Below are positions 9,521 through 20,378 of a stretch of DNA of 64,000 nucleotides, piece after piece. Under the pieces are notes generated by a model. It saw nothing but the letters and a program-made list of their open reading frames with translations, did no database searches and had not been told where the DNA came from. This DNA is from an uncultured delta proteobacterium (lineage in GTDB: Bacteria > Desulfobacterota > Desulfomonilia > UBA1062). The stretch is taken from assembly GCA_963785235.1 (NCBI GenBank), contig CAWAUM010000011.1, positions 233,724 to 297,723 of the forward strand. Reading direction: 5' to 3'. Positions within the stretch are counted from its first letter, which is position 1. The number at the start of each line of letters is the position of its first letter. The translations under genes were made by a program, and so were the position numbers.

Positions 9521-10117
9521 ATGACCAGGGAGGAGTTTGAAATATCGCTTAAGGAATTCGAGTCGCAGATCAAGAAGAAGCTCCCCTCCATGATCAACAG
9601 CTACCTCATGAATCGAGGGAACCGTGAGTTTGAAACGGCCTTCACCCATCTTGTGGAGATCCTGGGCAGACAGAGGAAGAATCTCCTGAAGGACCTGACC
9701 AGGGTGGCAAGGCTCGAACAGAAGACCCGGTACTTCAATGCCACCAATAATATGGATTCCCAGCTCAGGAGCATGGGAAACAGAGATGCCTTGAAACAAC
9801 AGACGAAATTGCGGCAGCATCGTGTCCATGCACCGCTTGTCTATGACCTCGGGGCAGGGCCTGAAGCGGGTGACCTCCTGAACGCCGATGATTTAGGCGT
9901 CTTGCTGGAGACTACGGAAAAGGTATCCATCGACCATGAGGTGAGGATAAGCCTCTCAGGGAAAAAGGCGCGCGGCAAGGCCATGTGGTCAATCCCTGAT
10001 GAGACAGGCCGCATGGAGACGGGGGTCAAACTGCTCAATCCATCTGAGGATTTCCTGGAAGAACTCAAGAAGATTATCAAGAAGCCTGCAAAAAAGCAGA
10101 AAAATCCTCATGATTGA
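9521..10117 (+). CDS. Hypothetical protein (198 aa, charged, Lys-rich C-terminal tail)
   Basis: Open frame with no competing ORF of better quality, 35 nt upstream of mtaB on the same strand. I recognise no motif. Confidence 0.4.
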   Translation: MTREEFEISLKEFESQIKKKLPSMINSYLMNRGNREFETAFTHLVEILGRQRKNLLKDLTRVARLEQKTRYFNATNNMDSQLRSMGNRDALKQQTKLRQHRVHAPLVYDLGAGPEAGDLLNADDLGVLLETTEKVSIDHEVRISLSGKKARGKAMWSIPDETGRMETGVKLLNPSEDFLEELKKIIKKPAKKQKNPHD

Positions 10118-10151
10118 CACCCCTACGGGTGCATAGTATTCCTTTATAAGT

Positions 10152-11357
10152 ATGAGATTCGCTATTCTCACCTTAGGATGCAAGGTCAACCAATATGAAA
10201 GCCAGCGGATCAGGCAGGGGCTTGTCACAGCAGGCCACACGGAGCAGTCCTTTGCTGAACCCGGCGCCGAGTGTTACATCATCAATACCTGTACCATCAC
10301 CCATAAGGCCGATGCTGAAACGCGCAGGGTAATCCGCAAGGCACTGAGCCTAGGCGGTAGGGTAATAGTAACAGGCTGCCAGGCTGTTGTAGATGCCAAA
10401 GGCATCAGGGAGGTCTCCGAGGCAATTGAGATAGCCACGCCGGATCATCTCTCCGAGATACTCCAGGTAGACCTGCCATCCATTATTACAGGCTTCGGCG
10501 ATCACCATCGGGCCTTTGTGAAGGTCCAGCAAGGATGTGACAAGTATTGCACGTACTGTATCGTCCCTTTTGCCAGAGGAAGGCCTGTGAGCAGGCCTTG
10601 GCAGGAGGTTGTCACTGAGGTGAGAACCCTTTATGATAAGGGTTTTCATGAGGTGGTGCTTACCGGGATCAATATCGGTCTGTATGAGGGAGGGCTTTCA
10701 AGGCTTGTGGAAAGGGTGCTTTCCCACACATCCATCCCAAGGATCAGGGTAAGCTCCATGGAACCCTGGACCGTTGAAGACGGGCTCATATCCATAATCA
10801 AGGACAACTCCAGGCTCTGCAAACACCTTCACCTGCCGTTGCAGCACGGAAGCGATTCCATTCTTCGAGTCATGGGAAGGCCGTATACGGCCTCATATTT
10901 CAGGTCACTCATAGACCGAATCAGGAATGCGCTACCTGAGGCTGCAATCGGCCTGGACGTTATCGTGGGATTCCCAGGTGAGGATGACAAATCTTTTGAG
11001 GAATCCTATAGCCTTATCGAAGACCTCTATGTAACCTATTTCCATGTCTTCCCCTTCTCGCCAAGGCAAGGCACTGCCGCCGCTCTACTGCCCGGACGCC
11101 CGGATGAGGCGGCTGTGAAGAAGAGGTCTTCCCACCTCAGGGCTTTATCCAGAGAAAAGAGGCATGCCTTTGCCTGTTCACGACAGGGCATGGTTGAGGA
11201 AGTGCTTGTCACCGGGATTTGTGAGGGGCATTTTCATGGAGTGACCTCGAATTATCTTACCGTTCAGGCCCAGGGTAGTGTAACGCCAGGAAACATTGTG
11301 AGCGTTCTTCTCAAAAGTATGGAAGGGCAAACCCTTACAGGAGAGCTCGTTGGATAA
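10152..11357 (+). CDS. mtaB: tRNA methylthiotransferase, MiaB-like MtaB family (radical SAM)
   Basis: 401 aa. N-terminal UPF0004 domain (MRFAILTLGCKVNQYESQ, INTCTIT), radical-SAM CDKYCTYCIVP, and a TRAM-like C-terminus. Confidence 0.8.
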   Translation: MRFAILTLGCKVNQYESQRIRQGLVTAGHTEQSFAEPGAECYIINTCTITHKADAETRRVIRKALSLGGRVIVTGCQAVVDAKGIREVSEAIEIATPDHLSEILQVDLPSIITGFGDHHRAFVKVQQGCDKYCTYCIVPFARGRPVSRPWQEVVTEVRTLYDKGFHEVVLTGINIGLYEGGLSRLVERVLSHTSIPRIRVSSMEPWTVEDGLISIIKDNSRLCKHLHLPLQHGSDSILRVMGRPYTASYFRSLIDRIRNALPEAAIGLDVIVGFPGEDDKSFEESYSLIEDLYVTYFHVFPFSPRQGTAAALLPGRPDEAAVKKRSSHLRALSREKRHAFACSRQGMVEEVLVTGICEGHFHGVTSNYLTVQAQGSVTPGNIVSVLLKSMEGQTLTGELVG

Positions 11358-13066
11358 CAGCACCCTGGTAGATTCCTTGCTTGAGATGGCATTCGCGTTA
11401 GAGTTCCTGGAAGAGAATCCTTTCAAGGCAAAGGCATATGAGAAGGCTGCCAGATCTCTGTCCGGAATTGCCACACCCATGGAAGAACTCATCGATACAG
11501 GCGCAATAAGCCATATAGAGGGAGTCGGAAAGACCATCGCCGCAACGCTTACGGCCTGGGTGAAGGATCATGATTTTTCTGCATTGAAAGATCTGCAAGC
11601 CAGGCTGCCAGGTGGATTCGATGAATTGATAAAGGTGCCGGGGCTCGGGATGAAGAGGCTGAAGCTCCTGTCTAAGGAGCTTAACATCTCTACACTTGAT
11701 GAGCTTCTTGAGGCAATAAATACGAGCAGGCTTTCATCCGTTAAGGGTTTCTCCGATAAAAGCATTGCCAAGCTCAGAGGCTCTGTGCAGGCTATCCTCG
11801 ATTACCGGGGATGGTTTCTGCTTGATGCCGGGTGGGACTGGGCAGCAACTTATATATCACTCCTTAAGGATAGCGGACTTAATGTGCAGGTCAGTGGTGT
11901 CTGCCGCAGGTCCATGGAGATTATCTCTGCCATCGACCTCCTCGTAGAAGATGGCCCCGGTATGCATGACGCACTTGTTCAGTGCATTACCGGCATCCCT
12001 GATATGCAGCTTGTCCACGATGGGGCCGTACTTGTGGCGACATATCCCGGCAAGCCCCCTGCAAGGATCCACACCGTATCTCAGGCCTTGGTTGTACCTG
12101 CCCTGTTTATCACAACCGGCTCGGATGCCCATGTGGAAATGGTGAACAGGCACGGGGCGCTGCGATCCGTCCGGGTCAGCTATGAAGGGGTCTTTAAAGA
12201 CGAGGTGCTTGTGCCTATTCAAGCCGAATGGGAGATTTATGATCTGTTCGGCATGCACTACCTCCCACCCGAGGTAAGGGAGGGCAGGCCCATGGAGATG
12301 GACCTTGCCTTGAACTGCAGTGTGCCTGAGCTTATTGTGCAAGAAGACCTGAAAGGTATCATCCATGTCCATTCCACCTATAGCGACGGCAAGGCTACGT
12401 CTGGCCGACATGGTGCAGGGCGCTCATGAGAGAGGTTATTCCTGGATAGGCATCTCTGATCACAGCAAGAGCGCCTATTATGCAGGTGGATTGAGCGTGA
12501 AGGACCTGAAGCGGCAGTTCGAGGAAATCCATGAGCTCTCCCACATATTCCCTGATATGACGATCTTCAAGGGGATCGAATCCGATATCCTGCCCGACGG
12601 CTCACTGGATTATCCTCAGGCCGTGCTCAAACAATTCGATTTTGTCATTGCCAGCATCCATTCCCACATGGATATGGACAGATCGACCATGACAGAGCGT
12701 ATCATAAAGGCCATCCGCAATCCCTTTACCACCATACTTGGCCACCCCACAGGCAGGGTACTGCTTGCCCGCAGGCCCTATGAGGTGGATATGGCCGCAG
12801 TTCTGGCAGAGGCGGCAGGCCTTGGTGTCATAGTGGAGCTCAATGCCAACCCCTTAAGGCTCGACCTGGACTGGCGACTTATGCCGGACTTCACTGCAAA
12901 GGGAGGGCGTGTTGTCATAGCACCTGATGCCCATAGCGTTTCCGGGCTTGATGATATGCGTTATGGCCTGGCCATTGCCAGGAAAGGCCTGCTCTTAAGG
13001 GACTCCTGCATGAATGCACTCAGTGCCCGGGAAGCGAGGGAGGCGTTTAAAATCAGGTGGTCATAG
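11350..13066 (+). CDS. polX: Family X DNA polymerase with C-terminal PHP phosphoesterase domain (frame interrupted near 12390)
   Basis: N-terminal HhH repeats (IEGVGKTIAATL, VPGLGMKRLKLL). The PHP motif IHVHSTYSDGK sits at the end of track ORF 11350-12429. The PHP domain continues (GAHERGYSWIGISDHS) in ORF 12365-13066 in another frame. Confidence 0.8.
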
Positions 13067-13963
13067 AGTGCGCCGGTGTTTCTTACTGCTATGAGGTCGC
13101 GCTGGCGATGAATGGGCGCTTGTTGATATGGACCTGAAGATCGGCCAGGGTGAAAAGGTCGTCATCGCAGGGCCGGCAGGATCAGGAAAGACCACCCTGC
13201 TGCAACTGCTGGATGCACTGATCCTGCCCACCAAAGGAGACATCCTCTATGACGGTATCAGTGTGCGTACACTCGCCAGGAAGAAGGGCCTTACAATGGT
13301 GCGCAGGCGTATGGGGGTCCTATTCCAGTTCCCTGAAGACCAGTTTTTCCAGGAGACTGCTTATGACGAGCTTGTCTTTGCCATGAGGAATTTTTATCGA
13401 CCTCACAAGGGGAGTTGGAAGAAAGGGCATACCATGTCACTGCGGGTTTCGGCCTTGAGCTTGAGCGGCTCAAAAACACGTCGCCATTTCGTTTGAGCTC
13501 AGGAGAGAAGCGAAAACTCGCCTTAGCATCCGCCCTCATGATAGGCCCTGAGATATTGATGCTGGATGAACCCACAGCAGGCCTCGATGCCTCAGGCAGG
13601 CGCGAACTTACGGGTATGATATCTTCACTTGCGGATACAACCGTCATCATTGTCACCCACAACCAGGAGGATTTCCTCTCTCTGAATGATCGTTTTATCG
13701 GTATCACTTCAGGCAGAAAGGTCATTGATGTGAGGAAGGAGGAACTTCTTGATAAGATCGAGGCCATGGATGCCTCCGGTATCGATGCCCCGCTTGTACT
13801 CCTGGTCCAGCACTGGCTAAAACGCTCAGGCCTTGCATTGGATCATACCTTTTATGAAATGGATGAACTCATTGGCTTTCTCAGGGAAAAAAGTGCTCAT
13901 GAAAAGTGCTTTAAGGAAGCCAATCATCCTCTACTTGTCGTTACCCTTTTGTGTATTGACTAA
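13057..13963 (+). CDS. ABC transporter ATP-binding protein, EcfA/CbiO-like (two frame interruptions, near 13115 and 13450)
   Basis: GTG at 13057 gives VVIECAGVSYCYE, a typical ABC N-terminus. Walker A GPAGSGKTT, signature LSSGEKRKL and Walker B ILMLDEPTAGLD are spread over three frames (track ORFs 13128-13496 and 13415-13963). No permease or S-component gene is adjacent. Confidence 0.75.
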
Positions 13964-13992
13964 TACCACCTTCAGTCTTAATCTATTGTTTC

Positions 13993-14524
13993 ATGGAGGA
14001 TACACCCATGTCGAGCTTTGTTGAAATGAAGGTGGCAGGCATTGCGCTTGACCCCACCAACAATGCCCCCATCGTGGTCCTGCGTGACCTTGATGGCAAG
14101 TTCATCCTCCCCATCTGGATCGGCATTATGGAGGCAAGCGCCATAGCTTCAGCACTTGAAGGGGTTCAGTATTCAAGGCCCATGACCCATGATCTTTTCA
14201 GGTCTTTCATCGAAACGTTAGGCGCCACCATTGAAAAGATAGAGGTAGTTGATATCAGGGACAATGTATTCTATGCACTTATCACCATCATCCATGGCGG
14301 AAACCGTCTTACCATTGATGCGAGGCCATCGGATGCCATAGCCATAGCGCTTCGCACCAAGTCCGCCATCTTTGTGGCAAGTCATGTGATAAAAGACGCC
14401 ATCCACCTGGACTCCAAGAGCAAGTGCCGGCAAGGTCATGGTGGGGTTCGAGCAGGATACCGAGAAGCTCAAGGAGATCCTTGAGAAGATGAATCCGGAG
14501 GACTTCGGTAAGTTCAAGGCTTAG
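13993..14524 (+). CDS. Bifunctional nuclease (DUF151/BFN) domain protein (frame interrupted near 14430)
   Basis: VAGIALDPTNNAPIVVLRD..ILPIWIG..EA.AI and IDARPSDAIAIALR motifs. A UVR-like tail EQDTEKLKEILEKMNPEDFGKFKA reads in a second frame and ends at TAG 14522-14524. Confidence 0.75.
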
Positions 14525-14582
14525 CCTCTTTCGGCATTTTGTATTGATAGACTTGGCTGCATCGTGTATTTCCCATTGATAT

Positions 14583-16898
14583 ATGCATGCCCATGACTCT
14601 GCTCATCAAAAGGCGAAAAAGATCAGCAAGGCCATCTTCGAGACCATTGTCGAGATGGCATATGAGGGCATCTTTGTATATCAGGGTCGCCGGTTTTTCT
14701 ATGTAAACACCGCATTTGAGCGCATGCTTGGATATTCTGCCGAGGAACTCGATGAAATGGGTTTCAAGGATGTATTGGATGCAAGCTCTTCCGCCCTTAT
14801 GGAACAGCGTTATCTTGCCCTGATCAGGGGTGAGGATATCCGCCCAAGGCGCGTGGACGTGATCTTCCGGACCAGGACCGGACATGAACGCATCATCTCG
14901 CTGTCCACATCGGCCATCACCCTGGTCGGCGGTATCAGGGCCACCCTGAATATCGCCCGCGACATCACCAGGCGCAAAGGTATGGAAAACAGCCTGGAGT
15001 CAACGAACAAATTTCTGGCCGGTCTCATTGCAAGTTCATCCGATGCCATCGTTGCCTCTGACCTGAAGGGAAGGGCACTAATCTTTAACAAGGCAGCCGA
15101 GGAGATCACGGGGTATAGCGCCGAGGACATGCTCAACCACAAAACCAACATAGCCGATTTCATGGTGCCGGGCGAGCGTGACCGGATCCTGGCCATCCTG
15201 GATGAGGGCACCGAGGAGGTCCCCAGGTGGGTCGTGGGCGAAGAGACCTCAATCTACCACAAGGACGGTACACTCGTCCCCATATCGATTTCCGTGTCCT
15301 ATCTGTATTCCGAAGAGAAACCCGTCGCAGCCATCAGCGTCTTCCGCGACCTCAGGCCCTTGAAGAAGGTGGAGAATAAGCTCCGGGAGTCGGTGCAGAA
15401 ATACCAGATGCTTGTGGAAAAGACCGCCGACGGTATCTTTGTCTACCAGGATCATTGCTTCAAATACACCAATCCTGCGTTCAGGGAGTTGCTTGGTTAT
15501 AATGAAGAGGAACTCCTGCACAAGGGTCTCAAAGATATCGTGAGGCCGGAGCTGGCCGGGATGATCGAGGCGCGTTATACCAAACGAATCCAGGGTGAAA
15601 AGGTGCCGGACCAGTACGAGATTGCCCTGTGCAGCAAAGACGGCAACTGGCGCGCCTTTGAGATCACTCCTTCGGTCATCGAGTATGAAGGCGGACTTGC
15701 GACCCAGAATGTAATAAGGGACATAACCCAAAAGAGAGAGGCCCAGAAGGCGCTTCGTGCCAGTGAGTCCAAGTACCGAGCCACCGTGGAGCATACCGGC
15801 ACGGCCATGATGATCCTGAATGAAGACTACACGATAACCTTTGCGAATAACCAGCTGGAAAAGCTCAGCGGTTACACCAAGGAGGAGATCGAAGGTAAGA
15901 TGCACTGGACCGATGTGGTGCATCCCGATGACGTGGAACGCATGAAGGGCTACCACATGGCCAGGAGGCAAGGGGATAAGGATGCTCCATCCCAGTATGA
16001 GTTCCGGTTCATAGACAAGGCAGGCAATGTCAGGGACTCCTTCCTCACCATAGGCATGATACCCGGCACCAGGCAGAGCATTGTCTCCATCATGGACATT
16101 ACCCAGATCAAGCAGATGCAGCGCGAGCTGGAGCAGACAAGGAAGATGGCCATCTTAGGCGAGATGTCCGCCCATGTGGCCCATGAGGTAAGAAACCCGC
16201 TGCAGAAGATTAAGACCGGTGTCGAGCTGCTGTCCAACTCATTATCGGTGGATGAGCGGCAGCGCAGACAACTCGACGGAGTGAAGCACGGGGTGGACAA
16301 CCTGGAAAAGTTCGTCACCCAGATCCTCGAATGGACGCGCTCGGGTGAACTCAGGCCCAGGCCTCACCGCATCAGCAATATCATTGATGGCCTGCTGTTC
16401 AACATTGAGGACGCCTTCAGTCTAAAAGAGGTTAAGGTCCAGACCTTCTATGACCCGGATGCCGACATTGTTGTCGTGGACGGCATCCAGCTCCGGCAGG
16501 TCTTTGGAAACATCATAGATAACGCCCTGGATGCCATGCCCCATGGAGGGTCGTTGAAAATCTCCTCAACCTTCGTTCCCAGGCACCCCTTTGCGGCAGG
16601 GAAAGAGGTTGTTGTCCTTGATGCCTCTGAGATACGCATTGAAGATACCGGCAGCGGCATTGCCAAGGAAGACCTGGAACGTATATTCCAGCCTTTCTTT
16701 ACAAAGAAGGCCAAGGGAACCGGGCTTGGTCTTGCCCTGGTGAAGAAGGTCATTGACATGCACCACGGCGAGGTTGAGGCCTTAAGCGCCAAAGGCAAGG
16801 GCTCTGAGTTTATTATCAGGATCCCCTGTGAAAAGGGTGGTTCCTTGCGGGCTTCAGACAGCCGGACAGTCGGGGCCCATAAAAAACACAAAGGCTAA
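14583..16898 (+). CDS. Multi-PAS sensor histidine kinase
   Basis: 771 aa with several PAS/PAC repeats. H-box MSAHVAHEVRNPL, N-box GNIIDNALDAM, G-boxes EDTGSGI and GTGLGLAL. Confidence 0.85.
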   Translation: MHAHDSAHQKAKKISKAIFETIVEMAYEGIFVYQGRRFFYVNTAFERMLGYSAEELDEMGFKDVLDASSSALMEQRYLALIRGEDIRPRRVDVIFRTRTGHERIISLSTSAITLVGGIRATLNIARDITRRKGMENSLESTNKFLAGLIASSSDAIVASDLKGRALIFNKAAEEITGYSAEDMLNHKTNIADFMVPGERDRILAILDEGTEEVPRWVVGEETSIYHKDGTLVPISISVSYLYSEEKPVAAISVFRDLRPLKKVENKLRESVQKYQMLVEKTADGIFVYQDHCFKYTNPAFRELLGYNEEELLHKGLKDIVRPELAGMIEARYTKRIQGEKVPDQYEIALCSKDGNWRAFEITPSVIEYEGGLATQNVIRDITQKREAQKALRASESKYRATVEHTGTAMMILNEDYTITFANNQLEKLSGYTKEEIEGKMHWTDVVHPDDVERMKGYHMARRQGDKDAPSQYEFRFIDKAGNVRDSFLTIGMIPGTRQSIVSIMDITQIKQMQRELEQTRKMAILGEMSAHVAHEVRNPLQKIKTGVELLSNSLSVDERQRRQLDGVKHGVDNLEKFVTQILEWTRSGELRPRPHRISNIIDGLLFNIEDAFSLKEVKVQTFYDPDADIVVVDGIQLRQVFGNIIDNALDAMPHGGSLKISSTFVPRHPFAAGKEVVVLDASEIRIEDTGSGIAKEDLERIFQPFFTKKAKGTGLGLALVKKVIDMHHGEVEALSAKGKGSEFIIRIPCEKGGSLRASDSRTVGAHKKHKG

Positions 16899-16906
16899 GG
16901 AGACGC

Positions 16907-18350
16907 GTGGAAGATAAAAAAAAGGTCCTGCTCGTGGATGATGAAGAGGTATTTCTTGAACAACTCAAGGACGCCCTTGAAAACTCGAGCCTTGACCTCC
17001 AGATAGATACCGCATCCGACGGTGTGGAGGCCCTGGAGAAGATAGAGGCGAATCACCATGACATCGTCATCACGGACGTCAAGATGCCCAGGATGGACGG
17101 GTATAGCCTCCTGAAAGAGATCCAGAACCGCTTCCCGTCCACCTATGTTGTGGTGATCACCGCATTCGGGAGCATATCCGGGGCGGTTGAGGCCATTAAG
17201 TACGGGGCGTATGACTTCCTGGAAAAACCTTTCAACATGGACTCGCTTGAGATATCGCTGACCAAGATCCTCAGGCAGCACGAGATCCTCAAAGAAAATA
17301 TCGTCCTCAAGGGTCAGATCCAGCAGCACACCGAGGGGCTGGACCAGCTTGTGGGGTCCCATCCCAAGATGCAGAGGCTCTATGAGCAGATACTGACCGC
17401 CTCAGAGACGGACCTCACCGTGCTCATTTTAGGTGAGACCGGCACCGGAAAGGAGCTCATCGCCCGTTCCATCCACTCCAGGAGTGACAGACGCTCCAAG
17501 CCCTTTGTGGTGATCAACTGCGCCGCCATACCCGAGAACCTTCTGGAATCGGAATTCTTCGGCCACGAGAAGGGGGCCTTCAGCGGCGCCATTTCCCAGA
17601 GGATAGGCAAGTTCGAAAAGGCCCATACCGGCACGCTCTTCCTCGATGAGATAGGCGACATCCCGCTGGACCTCCAGGCCAAGATCCTGCGCGTGATAGA
17701 AGACCACAAGATCACGCGCATCGGCAGCAACCGCGAGGTGGAGCTGGACTTCCGGGTGATCTGCGCCACGAACCGGCCCATCCAGGACATGATCAAGAAG
17801 GAGCTTTTCAGGGAAGACCTCTACTACCGCATCAGCGTTTTCCCCATCATCGTTCCGCCTCTGCGGGATCGGAAGGAAGATATCTCGCTGCTCTCCGGCC
17901 ATTTTATCGCCAAGAATCTCAAGAGGCTCAACTCCAGTGTAAAGGGGATCTCGCCAAAGGCCATGGATCAGCTTACCGCATATCCGTGGCCGGGCAATGT
18001 CCGGGAGCTGGAGAACAGTATCCAGCACGCCATGGTCTCTACCCGCGCCGAGCTCATCACCGGATTCTCCGAACTGCGCAATGTCGCGGTGGGCACACAG
18101 GCCAGCGCCGCCCATATCCATGACAGAGGAGCCCACCATATGGGTGGAGGCAGGCGAAGGGAACGACTATCATACCATCAAGCAGACCCTGCTTGAGCAG
18201 TTCGAACGGAAGTATCTTGCCCACCTGCTGGATAAGCACGGCGGCGTCATTGCCGAGGCGGCCAGGGAGTCGGGCCTGAATTACAAGACATTCTACCTGA
18301 AGGTGGAGAAGTATCAGCTCACCAGGAAGAGAGAAAGAATACCGCAGTGA
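16907..18350 (+). CDS. Sigma-54-dependent response regulator, NtrC family (frame interrupted near 18115)
   Basis: GTG start. REC domain (VITDVKMPRMDG), AAA+ domain (GETGTGKE, GAFSGA loop, RVICATN, VRELEN). A Fis-type HTH (GGVIAEAARESGLNYKTFYLKVEKY) follows in a second frame (track ORF 17997-18350). Confidence 0.85.
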
Positions 18351-18566
18351 TGCCAGAAAAATAGTATACACAAGATCGAGAAGTACCTTTTAATCTGGAG
18401 GTTGCAGTTGAAAGTGCCCATGAGCACTCCATGCCCTTCGTGAGCGGCTTAAGCATAAGACTCATGGTGGTGATCTATAATATTTTAACGGATTAAGTTT
18501 TAACACATCCTGAATGCAAAATCCGGGTTATTGTTGTCTCCCGGAGACAACATACCCACAAAGCTC

Positions 18567-18595
18567 TTGACAGACATACCCTGCCCATATATTAA
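18567..18595 (+). promoter_or_regulatory. Candidate sigma-70 promoter of rpsT
   Basis: TTGACA (18567-18572), 17-nt spacer, TATTAA (18590-18595), about 40 nt upstream of the rpsT ATG. Confidence 0.4.
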
Positions 18596-18637
18596 GATTC
18601 ACTTCGTAGCAGTGATACTAAGGAGGATACAGAGTTA

Positions 18638-18904
18638 ATGGCTAACCATGCTTCAGCCCTGAAGAGACAGCGCCAGAGTGAAAAACGGCGTTCAAGGAAT
18701 AGAGGTCACAAGTCCGCTATTAATACGACCGTCAAGAAGGTTCTCACTTCTATAAGCGCCAAAGAATCTGATAAGGCACGTGAATTATCCCGTGAGGCAG
18801 TGGCCCTAATGGACAGCGCCGTTACCAAGGGTGTGCTGCACAGGAAGACCGCTTCCCGGAAGATCTCACGCCTCACCAAGATGGTGAACGCCCAGGTTTC
18901 TTAA
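18638..18904 (+). CDS. rpsT: 30S ribosomal protein S20
   Basis: 88 aa, MANHASALKRQRQSEKRRSRNRGHKS. Basic composition and size are characteristic. AGGAGG RBS upstream. Confidence 0.95.
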   Translation: MANHASALKRQRQSEKRRSRNRGHKSAINTTVKKVLTSISAKESDKARELSREAVALMDSAVTKGVLHRKTASRKISRLTKMVNAQVS

Positions 18905-18907
18905 GGC

Positions 18908-19905
18908 TTAAGGCCTGCCGGATATCCTTCCCTCATTCCTGGGGGAAAGCACAAGCCGCCCGATCAATTCGGTCAGGGCCGCATATACGTGTATCAGTGA
19001 GCTCGATTTTATCTGTTGTTCTATCCCGCGGACATCTTTAAGCAGAGTGGTAAGTTGCGCAATGCTCCATGAGGACTTGCGCCTCATGGCCTTGTCTGCC
19101 ACGAAGTCGTGGATCTTCATCTTCTTCCAGTCGTGTGCCGGAAAGCACTACATAGTGGGTGATGATCTGGTTTTCTATCCTGCTGATTATCTCCAGCTCG
19201 GCGACACCTGAGAGCTCAAGTTCATAGAGGCGTGACAGGGCATCCTTTTTCCGGTCGAACAGCGCATCAAGGAATGCAAATATTACGGGTTCATGCGTGC
19301 GCATGACTGCCTCATGAACATCCTTGCCGGTTATGGAGGGGCTCTGGTGGGCGTACAGGCACAGTTTCTGAATCTCGCTGTCCAGATACCACATGCTGCT
19401 TCCCCCGGTCATGTCGGCAAGCAGCACGGCAGCATCCCTGTCAATCTTCTTCCCATGCAGCGGCGTCCTTTCCATGATCCAGTTGATTCGCTCGCCCCTG
19501 TTCTTGATGGACTCGAAACGGACTATCTCAGCCTTGCCATCGAATTTCTTGATAAGCTTGTTCAGTTCCTTATCCGTCTTCTCAATCTCCATGAATCAGG
19601 ATGAAGGTTGTGATTTCGCATGGATTATCAAGGTAGAGTATCACCTGGTCCAGCTGCTTGGCAGAAAGCTTCTGGCCGTTTTTGATGATGACGACCCTTT
19701 GCTCAGACAGGAAGGGCATGGTGTTGCACAGGCTTATGATCTCATTCATACTCAGGTCTTCTTCAGCGTTGAAGGTAGCCCAGTTCATGGATATGTTCTC
19801 GCCCAGCTGTTGTTTTAATCTTACGAGCTCCTCCTCAACAAGGAACGTCTCCTGGGCTATGAAAACGGAATTGGAAAGCGGGCTTTGAGGTTTCTTTGTG
19901 CTCAT
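18908..19905 (-). CDS. holA: DNA polymerase III delta subunit HolA (two frame interruptions, near 19100 and 19590)
   Basis: Three consecutive fragments (19582-19905, 19038-19592, 18908-19120) read as one delta subunit: N-domain FLVEEELVRLKQQL..MPFLSEQRVVIIKN, then the middle and C-terminal helical domains. Conserved leuS-lptE-holA order. Confidence 0.75.
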
Positions 19906-20378
19906 AGCTGCAGTACTGCAACGGCCCGGGCGATCTGCAGGGAGACCTGTCTGCAGGCCTCATCCAGGGCATCTTCGTCCTGGCCTCCTTCTGAGAAGGT
20001 CCCGGTATCGGAAAAGGTTGCCTGCCAGAGGGACTTACCCGAGGTATCGCTTAAGTTTGCAAGCACACTGATGGTAAGCCGGTAACGGTTCCCGCTCTTG
20101 AGTGAGTTGGAGGTGATGGTCTCGCGGGATGAAGATACCATGGAGCATGTGAGTCTGTATTTTGCGTCTTTGTTTGATATCATGCCCATGGAGGCGAATG
20201 ACTGCTCCAGGAATGAGTCCAGCACAATGGCGGCCTCACGAAGATGGGTCTTGTTCGTGCTCGGGTCCAGGGCGATCTTTCTGCCGCCCTCGGCCCCTTC
20301 CGGCAAAAATCCGTATCTGCAGGAGATAAGGCTACTTGCCAGCAGCAACAATAATATTAATGATCTTGTTCGGGACAT
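19902..20378 (-). CDS. lptE: LPS-assembly lipoprotein LptE
   Basis: 158 aa. Lipobox SSLIS-C followed by RYGFLPEG (LptE-like CGF.LRG start). Located between leuS and holA as in many diderms. Confidence 0.7.
   Translation of the reverse strand: MSRTRSLILLLLLASSLISCRYGFLPEGAEGGRKIALDPSTNKTHLREAAIVLDSFLEQSFASMGMISNKDAKYRLTCSMVSSSRETITSNSLKSGNRYRLTISVLANLSDTSGKSLWQATFSDTGTFSEGGQDEDALDEACRQVSLQIARAVAVLQL

Noticed and set aside
13057-13963. Orphan EcfA-like ATPase as part of a novel transporter or toxin system.
   Set aside because: It has standard ABC motifs and lacks adjacent partner genes. Orphan or dispersed ECF ATPase genes are common. Nothing in the sequence suggests a new function.
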